DNA of 64,000 nt from Bugula neritina (Eukaryota > Animalia > Bryozoa): the NCBI GenBank assembly GCA_964035545.1, contig OZ037767.1, positions 8,442,581 to 8,506,580 on the forward strand. Direction: 5' to 3'. Below are positions 46,201-58,200 of the stretch, in pieces. The position numbers and the translations under genes were made by a program. The notes below the pieces were generated by a model. The model had not been told where the DNA came from, did no database searches, and saw only the letters and a list, made by a program, of their open reading frames with translations. The number at the start of each line of letters is the position of its first letter. Within the stretch, counting starts at the first letter, position 1.

Positions 46201-49200
46201 CTTACTTAACCTAGCAACCTCCTCCTTAGCTTGGGAATGACAGAGGGTTTCAGCTTTTAGCTCCGCCCGAAGTCTTTCTAAACTATTCTTACTTTCGACA
46301 AAGTTATTCGTGATTTCCCTCAGCTGGTCCGGTGCAGAGTCATTAGCCTGCAGCTTAGACTGCAACTCCGACAACTGGCTGTTAAGCGTCACGATGTCAT
46401 CTCGAGAGAGACTCAACTGGACTCGCTCCGCTGACAGCAGCTTGTCCAGCTTCTGGTTGTCTGACCGGAGATCCTCAAGAATGACCTTTTGCTGAGTCAG
46501 CAGCTGGTTCACACGTACAAACTCCGCCTTGGCATCCTCTAGCTCCGCCTCCTTCTCGCCTAGCCGCTGTTCCAACACACTGATCTGAGACTGCAGCTCT
46601 GACTTCTCCACACACAGCGAGCTCTGGGTCCTCAACAGCACATCCTGCAAGTCGGCTCGCTCTTTTTTCTCATTTCTTAGACTTTCCTCGAGTAATTTGG
46701 CCTCAATGCCACTGCAGTTGGCAGAGTTGCGCCCACTAAATAATAATGATTGGTTGTTGGACCTGCTGTGTTCAACTGATTGGCTGTTGGATCCGCTGTG
46801 TTCAGCTGATTGGCTGTTGGAGAATAGCTCTCTGCACACTGAGACTGTGGAGCTGCTTTGATTCCACCTTTCTTTGGATGCTCCCTAAAAGTCAGCAAAA
46901 TGAAGAGTAAAGATACCTTCCAACATGTTGCTTTTGTAATAATTCTAAACATTGGGTTAATTTATGTTAGTCTGTCTCACATCTTAAATGGAAACCGTAA
47001 CATTTGTTTGCAAAAAAAAAACATAAAATCGTGCTGTTGATGTTTAACAACATTCAACTGTGTTTAGAAGATGCCCAATAATACCTTCTGTTCCTCATAA
47101 GCCTCCAACTGTGCGAGTTGGTTAGCATGTAGTACTAGGTTTGTCTTCTCTTGTTCCCCTCTCTCCACAGCTGCCTTTAGCTCAGCTACTTTCTGTCAAC
47201 ATAAAGCAACTTGCATGAAACCAACAGCATTATAACAGCAGACACCTCTCACCTCATTTGCAGTGAACACAGGATGTGAGTATTGTAAAAATAACTTTAG
47301 TTCTACAGTCGCGTCATGTGGGCTACTAGTTTCACAGGGTTATGTCACAATAATCCACAGTACCGTGTGAACATGCATATCAGCCAAAACATTCAATGCA
47401 AATTATTATTTTTATGTAATTTCATACCAAAACAATTATTTATAAACTGCAGTAGCCAACTTTCATCTGACTGCAGAAAAAGTTCCCAATCTACTATCTA
47501 CCACACACTATATACTATACTTAACACTATATACTATATTTAACACTATAAGCTATACACTATATACTACACACTATATGCTACACACCATATACTATAC
47601 ACTATATGCTATACACAATATACTAAACACCATATACTACACACTATATACTATACAGTATACACTATATACTAAACACTATATACTACACACTATATAC
47701 TATACACTATATACTACACACTATATACTATATGCTACACACCATATACTATACACTATATGCTATACACAATATACTAAACACCATATACTACACACAA
47801 TATACAGTATACACTATATACTAAACACTATATACTACACACTATATACTACACACTATATACTATATGCTATACACAATATACTAAACACTATATACTA
47901 CACACTATATACTATACACTATATACTACACACTATATACTATACAGTATACACTATATACTAAACACTATATACTACACACAATATACTATATACTACA
48001 CACTATATACTACACACTCTATACTACACACAATATACTATATACTACACCCTATATACTACACACTATATACTACACACTATATACTACACACTATATA
48101 CTACACACAATATACTATATACTACACACTATATACTATGTACTATACAGCACTCACTGTGATATAATCAGCCTCTTTCTGAGTCCAACTCCCTTTCAAA
48201 ATCTTTATCTCTTCTACCAGGTTCTGTAAATCTGAAATGCTCTGCAGGTGCACCGAGTTCTTTTTCTACATGGTACAAAGTAGAAGCAGATATAATATAT
48301 CTCAGACATTGCGTCTCTACACCATTATATGATGGTACTGTGACCAACACCTCTACATTTACTATCCAGTCAACTTGTAACAATGAATGTGGGTAGTGTC
48401 TAGGTGGCAGCTTCCTTAGTAATGCCAATGCATTACCAAGCTAAGATAGGGCTGCTGTGTGGGCAAGAGACCAAGCTAACTCAGTAAGAAACTAGCCTAA
48501 CTTCAGTAGAAACTGGGGCTAAACTTTGTGACAATCATTGCCTTGTGCAGTCAACCTCTCTTATCACACACAGATATCTCCTTCAGTTAACACACATGAA
48601 ACAGTTAGAAATATTTCAACTATTTAAAGTATGCATTTCATAGCACCTATAGACTAATTACTCCACACTAACACCTCTAACCAATCACTGGAAACATAAA
48701 GTGGCCCTTTGAGTGCCTATAGTACTACTCTGGAAACTAATGCAATACTACCGTTGGTATCAGAGGCAGCTATGTAGATGCCAATACTTTTAACAAAACC
48801 AATTTCAGTCTTTCCTTAGTGGGAAAAGACAGAACTTGTTGAACATTTATTATATTTCACAATGAAAGACTGGTTGTCTCATGTACCAGCAGCCATTACC
48901 AGAACCTCTATCCCCCCTCCCCTCCAGGAAGATGCTGTAACTATGAGGCCATACTGTTCCATTAGTTCCCATTGAAATATTTATTATTTATACACTGAGT
49001 TTACTTTACAGCCAACATAAGCTTTGAAGACGTAACATAGGAGACACACATATGCTGGTAGTGGTGGTGACTATAAACACTCGCTGCTAGCCCTGGCAGT
49101 AGTGCATCATAGCTGAATAGAATAATACAACTAGACTCTCACCTCCAGAGTTGTCTTCTCAGAGCACACCTGGATGTAGAGCTCCTTGACCTGGCGGAGT

Positions 49201-52200
49201 TCTTCTGCCAAATTATCCTTCAATTTTCTAGATAAATCACAAAAGTAATATATTTTCACTCAGAAAAGACTCAACGACAAACCCACATGCAAGCTCTATT
49301 CTCCCAAAGTCCATTTGCCAACAGCTTAAAAAGTTTCTAGACATTTTTTAATACTCTTAAGTCTTAGGACATGGCCGACTCTGATACACACACCAGACAT
49401 CAACGACACAGTCAAATTAAATCAACACATACTGGTTTTCCAGGCATTAAAGTTTGAAGGCTCAGTAATCCACCCCTACTCTAGGAGGGGGGGGGGGGTT
49501 ATCACAGCCCTCACTACAACAAGCAAAACTCTCACACTAAACAATTGAAGGATGAGTTCATTTGCTGACCTCAGTTTCTCTAACTCCGCCCCAGACTCCG
49601 CCTCCACTCGGCTAAACTTCAGCTGAAACTCCGCCTCCAGTTCCGATCTGAGAATCTCTCGAGCATTTTTGTTATGAGTTTCCAAAGTCTCTTGACATCT
49701 ACAAGTCATTTCAATAAATTTTCAGTGATCCATTCATGCAAAGAAATGAATGCAAGAGCTGTACTATCATGGCACCAGAGCAGGTAATAAATTCATAGGA
49801 TATACATAACATTGTCTGGATAAGTGTAAATCATACACCACAGCCTTTAGAATAGAAAACTATATTTTCACCTGAAACTGGCTGCTAAATATTCCCAAAG
49901 GAAGGTGGAAAACTGCACTAAAAAGCCATCATTGGTTTTAACAGATAGGAAGACCAAGATACCTACATCCTTGTTAGTCATGACTAAACATTCCTACGAG
50001 TATAGACAATATTTGATTGTCACCAAATAAGACAAAACTACAAACTATAGTCGCTCTGCAGTCATCTACACGTGAAGGAAGCAGACTAAATACTGACAAC
50101 CCAAAACCTGTTATTAGAAAGCAATAATTCATCTGTTGTGTGTTGCTAACCGGACAAATACAGTCTGAGTTTAAGGAAGTGGAGATTTGAACTAAACGTA
50201 ATAAACACACAAGACGCCCTATGGCATCTATGTTCAGCTTCAATAAAGGGCACTAGCAAGCAAAGCAAGCATCAAAAATAAAATGCTTTAATGAAGTAGC
50301 AGGAATATAGTTTGGAAGAAATACTTGCAGTGCTGCCATGATTTTATTTACTATATTAAATGTAGTATAGAAATATTCTAACAAATATATTATACAATAT
50401 AATAAATAGCAATTATAAACAAAATGAAGGCTAAAATGGCAGCCAATTTCCTGATCCTACAGGACCTACACTGTCAAAACTAACTTGCTAAATATAGGCC
50501 TTTATTAGCCAATTTCTAAGACTTTTACACTGGAGCCATTAAGCTGCCAGATGATTGGCTGGAGAGCAAAAACCGGCTGGTGGACATTCATTTTCTCATC
50601 AACAATAAGACTGAGGTAGCTTCCGCAAGTCAAGTTGAGTAATACATCACACCAATGTCAATATGAATATGACAATATGACGTTGGCAGTAAGTTACAGT
50701 GCAACTTCAGTGGCTGTGCAGCCTTGAATTGTTATAATTCGTCTATCACGAGTGTCAGATAACTTCAGTGTGTAACCAAGCAGTACCGACTAACCAGGCG
50801 CCATATTACATATAACCAGTGGTCTATCAACGGTAGCCTCTAGACAATAGGAGCCTTAACACAAGTATGTATCGCCATAACAACAAAAAACAAAATGCCA
50901 TTGATGAGAGTAAAATGATAAGCCAAACTCATTTTTTACATAATAAAACTCAGCGTGAACACTGCCTAAAGGGGTTACTGTGGCAAAAATATGATACCAA
51001 TAAAGCATTTGGTAGGAAAAAACAGGGATGTCTGCATGAAAACACAGTTATTATGTAACAATTCATATAAATAAAATGCCAAAAACCATGTACATGCTAC
51101 TTGAGATTGTGCCTTAACCTGAACATCTCATCTAGCACACATTGTGTATTTTGGTATTGTCTTTGGAGACGTTAGCATTAACATTGCCAAAAGGCGCCAG
51201 CTATGACCAAATGCAAAAACATTTTCCCACACCATCGATTTCAGTTTTATATTATTACAAAGTAACGCAACAGTTATGTCCGTTATTTTATGGAGCATAT
51301 TTCACATTGTAGGTATAGTTGTGTTTTGCATCTCATTTCATTGCATATTTACTATACTGTAAGTAAGTTATTTAAATTATTAGGCTGTTTGAATTTTTTC
51401 GATTTATTTATAGCATATATTTACACTTTCATCATTCCATTGAATACTTAATTAAAACACTTATACAGATGAAATGATATGCACTGGAATAGATCAACAA
51501 AATATTTGAATTCCATTCCGATGTGTAGCCCCAAGTTTATCTAGCAGGCAAACCTGTTATTATGTGATTTAAAAAGCTAAAAAGGGAAAAACTGTTACAA
51601 GATCTGCCAAAATTTATAAAAGTTCACATTGAAGCTGGTGGGAGCGAAAGAATGGTGACATTCTGTATACTAAAACGTCTTGTCTGAGTGTTACACAAGG
51701 GGTTGCCTGTGCAGGGGGTAGTAATGAACAGCTATGAGATAAAGGGGAGTCAGTGAGTGTTGGTGTAAGTTTGTAGTAATATTATGCTTTGGGGTAGAGC
51801 AGAATACTATGCTACTTTTATCACTTTGTCTGATATGTTGCCAATTCATACAATTACTACTTAACTGGCTCCACAGATGCTCAGAATCAGATGTTAATAG
51901 TTTACCGAGTTCAGGGTACAATTATATGCTCCATCTTAACAAGCAGCTGATGAGGCGTGGGCATTTTAGTGGCACGCTAGCATCACATGCATATTTCTCA
52001 GTGTATTTCACACTATAGCCTCAGGTTTATTTGTTGCTTTCCCCCTAAAGACTGGGGAGGTGGTGAGTTATACCTGTAAGGTATTTTATCTGCTCCAAAC
52101 ATCACCAACGGGGCACCAATTTAATCACAAACTAAATGTGTTTGTAACTAAAATAGCTAATGATGACATAATTTAGCAAAAGAAGATTTAAATCTAACAA

Positions 52201-55200
52201 CTGTATACTACTGTTTCTATATTGCACTACTATATTGCATTGTATTTTCTTCAACTCATGTATGCTATCTCTCCAGTTATTGAATGGTGTTGCAATTCTA
52301 TTTAGCTACAATTATAAATGCATTCTAGTAAAATAAAAACTTTATACAAGGGCTATCCGTGGGCTTTATAAAATACATGCAGGTGCCTCACTATTATATA
52401 TGGTCACCAATGCTCAACAAAAGCTTAAATATGAAATAGTTGAGCGTTATTTTGATAATTTCAATGAGAGTTGACCATTATTCATATAAACATACATACA
52501 ACACATAGATAATTGGTATTATGCTGTTTTGAGGTGCATCATCATATGATATAGCAGTGATCAGGTGGGATAAAGAGGGGAATATAATAGCGGAGCAGTG
52601 GAAAATAGGGTAAGAGAGTAAAGAGGAGAGTAAGTTACTGGGGAGGAGAGTAAGTTAGTGAAGAGGAGGGATAAGAGGGGTAGCGGGGAGGAAGGGTCTA
52701 TTGCACACATCACACACACTAACCTGTCAAGAGCAGCTCTCTTGTCTCTGTCAAAGTCCTCCACCATTTCTGAGATCTTAGTGTTGAGTTCGGCGTTGAT
52801 CTCTCCTAACTTTGCCTCATTGGTGGCCACCGAATCCAGTTGTTCCGTTAAACTCTACAATTAAACTCGGCACATCAAAGGCTGTTATGTGCCCTGAAAT
52901 AATCATAATTTATGTATTTGATTGTTGTTCTTGAGTCACTGTGTCTAGCAATTTGCCAAGCACTCACAAATATGGACACTGGTCTTGTGGAGAACACAAA
53001 TGCTTAGATCAAACAGGCAACAACTAAAGCTGCTTAAAAAGGCGACAAGCAACCTCTTTTATCCAACAAAATTCAGAGAAAGGTAGCTCAGCAATGGTTG
53101 ACAGTCAAGGAATTAGCTACTAATTTTCCAAAGCAACCACATGAATAGTTTTCAGTCGCATCTGAAGAATCCTAGTGATTTGTGACCTGGAGATAGTCTG
53201 GGAACTACGGCTGCAGGACTCGGACTAGACCACGCTTTGAATTTAAAGAGTTATCATAGACACACTTGGAGCAGATTGCATAATAACTTTATAAATATTA
53301 TAATAGGTTTGGTGAACGGCAGAGCAATGAAATCCATAATTATATACACAACTTTACGGGTAAACCACCATAACTGTAAAAAGAAACCCTACTTATTTGA
53401 ATAATGTTAGATAAAAGCTCTGTTCTGGGAAATATTTAGTTAAAACCTGCCCACAGTACTGCACCTCACAGGTGTGTGTAGTTTGTGTGACACTTACCTT
53501 GACTTCATTGGCCAACATTGTCCTTTCCTTTGCTAAGGAATCTACTTGTGACCTCAACTTGACCTCTAAAAGGCTATTTCCCTCATTTGCTGCTGACTTA
53601 TACAGGTTGAGCTCAATGTTGGCCTCTTTCAACTGCATCTAATAAAATCAAATAGAAAAATACGTTTTAGAAAGTGTAAAACTAAGGGGCAAGGAGACTG
53701 AGAGACTTCTAATGGTGTTTTGGGAACCCAGGCTACCAGCTTGTTATGAACATTTGTACCACTTAATTTAGTGAAGTTTCTTCAGTTGCTACAATCTTTT
53801 TAAAAAACCGAGTTTATTTATTAAAACCTATAGTACGCATATAGAGAAGAGTAACCTTATAAGTCATTCACGATATTACACTGCATAAATTTTTTCCAGT
53901 CTTCTAGTAATTACAAAATAGTTTTTTTTAAATTACAACTCCTAATATTTAGTGAAAATGAAATAAGTAGTCTGAAAGTAAACTTTTAAGTAGCAGGGAG
54001 TTGTGCTGGAAAAAATTATAATAGAGCAGTGCAGGCTGAGAAATGTGCAGGAAAGTATGATCTGCAAGGCAACTTGGCCAATACCAATAGCTTACTTAGA
54101 ATACATTTGGAGCATAAAGCAAGCTACTAAAGTTGGGAGTTGGCAGGAAGAGTGAGAGTGGAGAGTGACTGTAACTCACTGGTGGGTGGAAGTAGATATA
54201 CAACCTCTTTAGTAGGTTTGCAAACAGAAACACAGTCCAGGTAGTGTTTAACAAAGGCTAAAGTAATGTAATTAATTAACTAAATCACCCTTTTAAAATG
54301 GTGGTAAAATAAAAATTATATAAAAAACTTGGCTCCATAAATAACCTATTACCAACATTAATGCCTATTATACATAACTAATTTTCAAGAGTGACTCAAT
54401 ATAATTGCCATGTTACTCAATAGGAGCCTAGAATAACTATTATACCCCAGTTGATCAGCTGACAGAGAGGTTACGAGGTTGACATGCCTATTGTCTATGG
54501 TGTAAATTGCTGGCTGTGCGACTAAGGAATTGTCAACAGCTTCTGTGAATAAACTCGACGCTACTTATGGATTCAGCATTTTTAATTCTAAAGTGTAAAC
54601 TTTTTTACAAATAGTAAAACACTCTGCATGTAAAAAGTATGGTTTTCACATTATAACACAAAATAGAAACTGAATTTTGCAAAAATTCAACAACAAAATG
54701 GTAACCTAAGTTCCGTTGAAGCAGTTAAATTTGCACTCCCTTGAGAACATAGGCAGCAGTCAGTGTCTTAGCTGGAAACTATTCAATTGACTCTTTCAAT
54801 AACTTACAAGAGTGCATACATGAGTTTATTGACTCATAACTAAATCCAAGCACACCTCAAGTTTGAAATTCACAACTGATTGTTTTTAAGTGCATTCAAT
54901 GTCTGCATGGAAATTAAAACCCACTTATTTAGGCAGCAGATTATTACTAAGCATAACTTCTTTCTGACTGTTCAAATAGTTTTGGAGACAGGCTAGATAT
55001 TATTATCGGCCACTTTAATGAGTGTTTTTCTTATTGCAGTTGTTTAACATGTGCAATTGAAAATGATAAAATGAAATGTTATTAAATTCCTGTACATATA
55101 CATAACGTTTGAGACTGAGATTATGATTTTCAATCAAAGTTTGTAGACGAATGTCTTCTTTTTATCAAGAAATCTACAAACAGCACTGCGGCTATTAGCT

Positions 55201-58200
55201 TTCATGTGCAGTTTTATTCAACAATTAATCCTGTATTAAGATAACATGGAACATTTTGCTCGCACACCCAACTGACCAAATGATAAAAAAGTTTATTCTT
55301 TTTTCAAAGGAGTAAACATCATAAGGTATTTGCAGGAAGAATTTCAAACTAACAAACAGGATTTGCTTTTCTGATGTTTGGGCTAAGAAGCTTGAAGTTT
55401 GTTGGGAAATTAGTAGAGATATAAAGGTGGTATTGCAGGCACACAGAGATCAATAGTAGTCTGCATACCATAGCCTGGCAAGTTTGCAGCAGCTTAATTC
55501 AGTCTATTATTTTCAAACTCTAACCAAAGTTGCGCCAGTTCTTAAGAAATCCTCTAATATAGACTCGAAAGAGACAAATAACATAAGTGTGTCAAGTGCA
55601 TATTTTATATTCAAGTCGATAGCAATAGAAACAATAACAATTATATGATTAATGGGGGTTACAATTATGATATATGATAATATATGACAAGCAAATATGC
55701 CATTGGTGCCATTTATAAACTATGTAAAAGATAATCCGGGGCTGTGTCACCACCAGTAAGTACTGACTCTAAAGCAACATAGCTAAGGCATTATCCCCCA
55801 TGGCATCAACAGAAAACACACTGGAGAACCTGTTGATGTGGTCAAGTAATTACCTAGAGTTACAACAATATTTAGCCAGGTAACCTGTGCTCTAGGTGCA
55901 TGGACAGGAGCCAAGAACATAATATAGTCTTAGCTACAGCTCAAGCTTTGCCAGTCTATTGCATACGATTGTAATAGATAAAACAATGCTACACTGTCTA
56001 CACTCTGCAGACACTTATCCTGGCATATAAAAGGCTTGCTTATGTCAGTTTGTTTCATTTGACAATGGCTAGCCGCTTAAAGAGCACCAACTAGAATCTC
56101 ATTTCCACGCAATATTACACTGTCATTTACTTTACTAGTCTAAAGTAGCAACGTTAACTCCGTATTATTTACACTGCAACTTTTCCTCTAATAAATAGAA
56201 TTTTGTATATTGATGGAGCTACAATAGTAAAACTTTACCGAAGTTATCTGTAAAAGTAAGTAAAATATATCGTACTAAACAAATAATTATGACTTGACTG
56301 ATTAATGAGGTAATAAAAACAAAATGTTTCTCGTGTACTTATTCATAATTAAATTGCAGGTAAAGATATATTTAAACAAATTACCTGTTTATATTAATTA
56401 GGGAATCACAGTGCATTTTAATTAGCAACATAATTGTTTAGTATACTAAAATATAGATTTAATGTGTATTTTCTTGACAGATATGAAGAGACAGTCACCG
56501 GTAACAATGTTTTGGACAGCTACTATACTAACATCTATATGTTTATTCACAACAAACTCTTTGCCAGTTGGTCACACAGACTATGAAAATATAGACAGTC
56601 AAACGAAACCTACACCCTATACAGCTGAGCAGGCTAACAGCAGTGATATAAGACTAACTAATAGCAAAGCCCTGCAGTTACTATTAGCTGCCTATTTGAC
56701 AGGCCGCATCAACCCTATAAACATTACCACCAGTCCCGCAAGCCCAGTAAGCCGCCAGCAGGCGCTACTTGACTATGAAGATGAAAATGAAATTGAAGTT
56801 TTAGAAAAGCAGACAGGCAATTTAAGTGAAGCTGGGACAGAATTGGAGCTTCCCCCAGATGTGTACGAGGTGTCCTTGGAGGTGTGGATGAGGAGAGAGG
56901 AAAAGCCAACACCACCAACAACAAACACCGAGGATGAAGCAGAGCTAATAATTTCAGAGTTATTGAGAACACAAGCTACAGAGCCAGGAGCCCACACTAT
57001 TCGCCACAGAAGTAGACGATTGGTCAACCATAACTCAAACAGGAACCAGCGTCCAGCCACCAACAGCCAGACACCAACCATTCCATCAGCCAGTACAGAG
57101 GATAACATCTTAGACCTACTGAGGCAGTACAACAGCAGTAATGAGATAGAGGCAAGCAAACCCCTGGAAACACTGCTGGCGAGACCAAGTTTCAACATGA
57201 CTGTGAACTACGAGGAGACGTTTGAGAACATTGAGTCCAACAAGTTATTAGAGATTGTTCAGATCATGAGATCAGACTGTAGGAAAATGACAACTCAGAA
57301 GAAAATGATCAACTGGGTATCCGAATCCAGAGGAATTTTATTCGAATGTCAAAATGGTGCGTGGGTGGTAACGTACCTGTCCAAACCTATCAGGAAGCCT
57401 AAGCCCATTTCTGTAACAGGTAAATAGCAATTAAACTTGAAAATATAGTATGAAACTTAGTGAGATATTAGTTGTACTTATTTATCAGTAATGTCAAACT
57501 CAAGTGATGACAATTAGTAAGAAATTAGGAGTATTCAAAGAAAAAAAAAGAATAACAAATAGTAATTGGCCCAGTTTAAAACGTATCCTATGTTGAAGAT
57601 GTACTATCTGCAGAGTGATTTAGGTTTTTCTGTCAGCAGCGTGCAGTGATGACTTATTCAATGTAGCTTACTGTATTACTAAATCTTCAGTGTTCATTCT
57701 GTATTAATACAAGTTCAGTAGGTAATGTTAAGGTTGAAAGTAGTATATTATATAACACTATCTTGAAATGCTGTTTTCAGATTGCCACGACTTGCACCTT
57801 CAAGAGTTACATGGGACCGCCAACACACTTCCCAAAAAGTTGGTCATTTATTACAGTGATGGGGAGAGAAAGAAAAAGAATGTGATTTGCAAACATAGCG
57901 ACCAACACACAAACCACCAGCTGGTAGACAACTCCATTAACCCGGATCCAAACTGGCCGGTTACACCCATAAAACAAACTGTAGCAGGTGAGAGGGAAAT
58001 AAATGTTTATTACTGATTCATATACATCAAGTTTTTGTATAGAATTTTTGTTGTAAGTGCATAGCAGTGTTAGTTGATGAAAAATTGGAAATGTTTTCAA
58101 AAGTTGTTATTCCCAAGTATACTTATAGGTTATTACTTCCTATCTCAAAAACAAATATTTTTATACCAAAGAAGCTCATAAAATAAAGACCTGCAACAGT

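Noticed and set aside
45599-46495. Plus-strand ORFs opposite CEP152, and similar antisense ORFs over SAXO, CaM and FReD exons
   Set aside because: Shadow ORFs of real exons with no independent gene signals.
48168-48480. Possible decayed retroelement coding fragment (also a transposase-like impression at 17220-17640)
   Set aside because: No convincing motif could be read in any frame; would need BLASTx.
51947-51990. Hammerhead ribozyme core CTGATGAG followed by a GCGTG/CACGC stem
   Set aside because: The required GAAA after stem II is absent (TAGC follows) and stems I/III are not evident. The CTGATGAG on the - strand at ~6602-6609 fails likewise.
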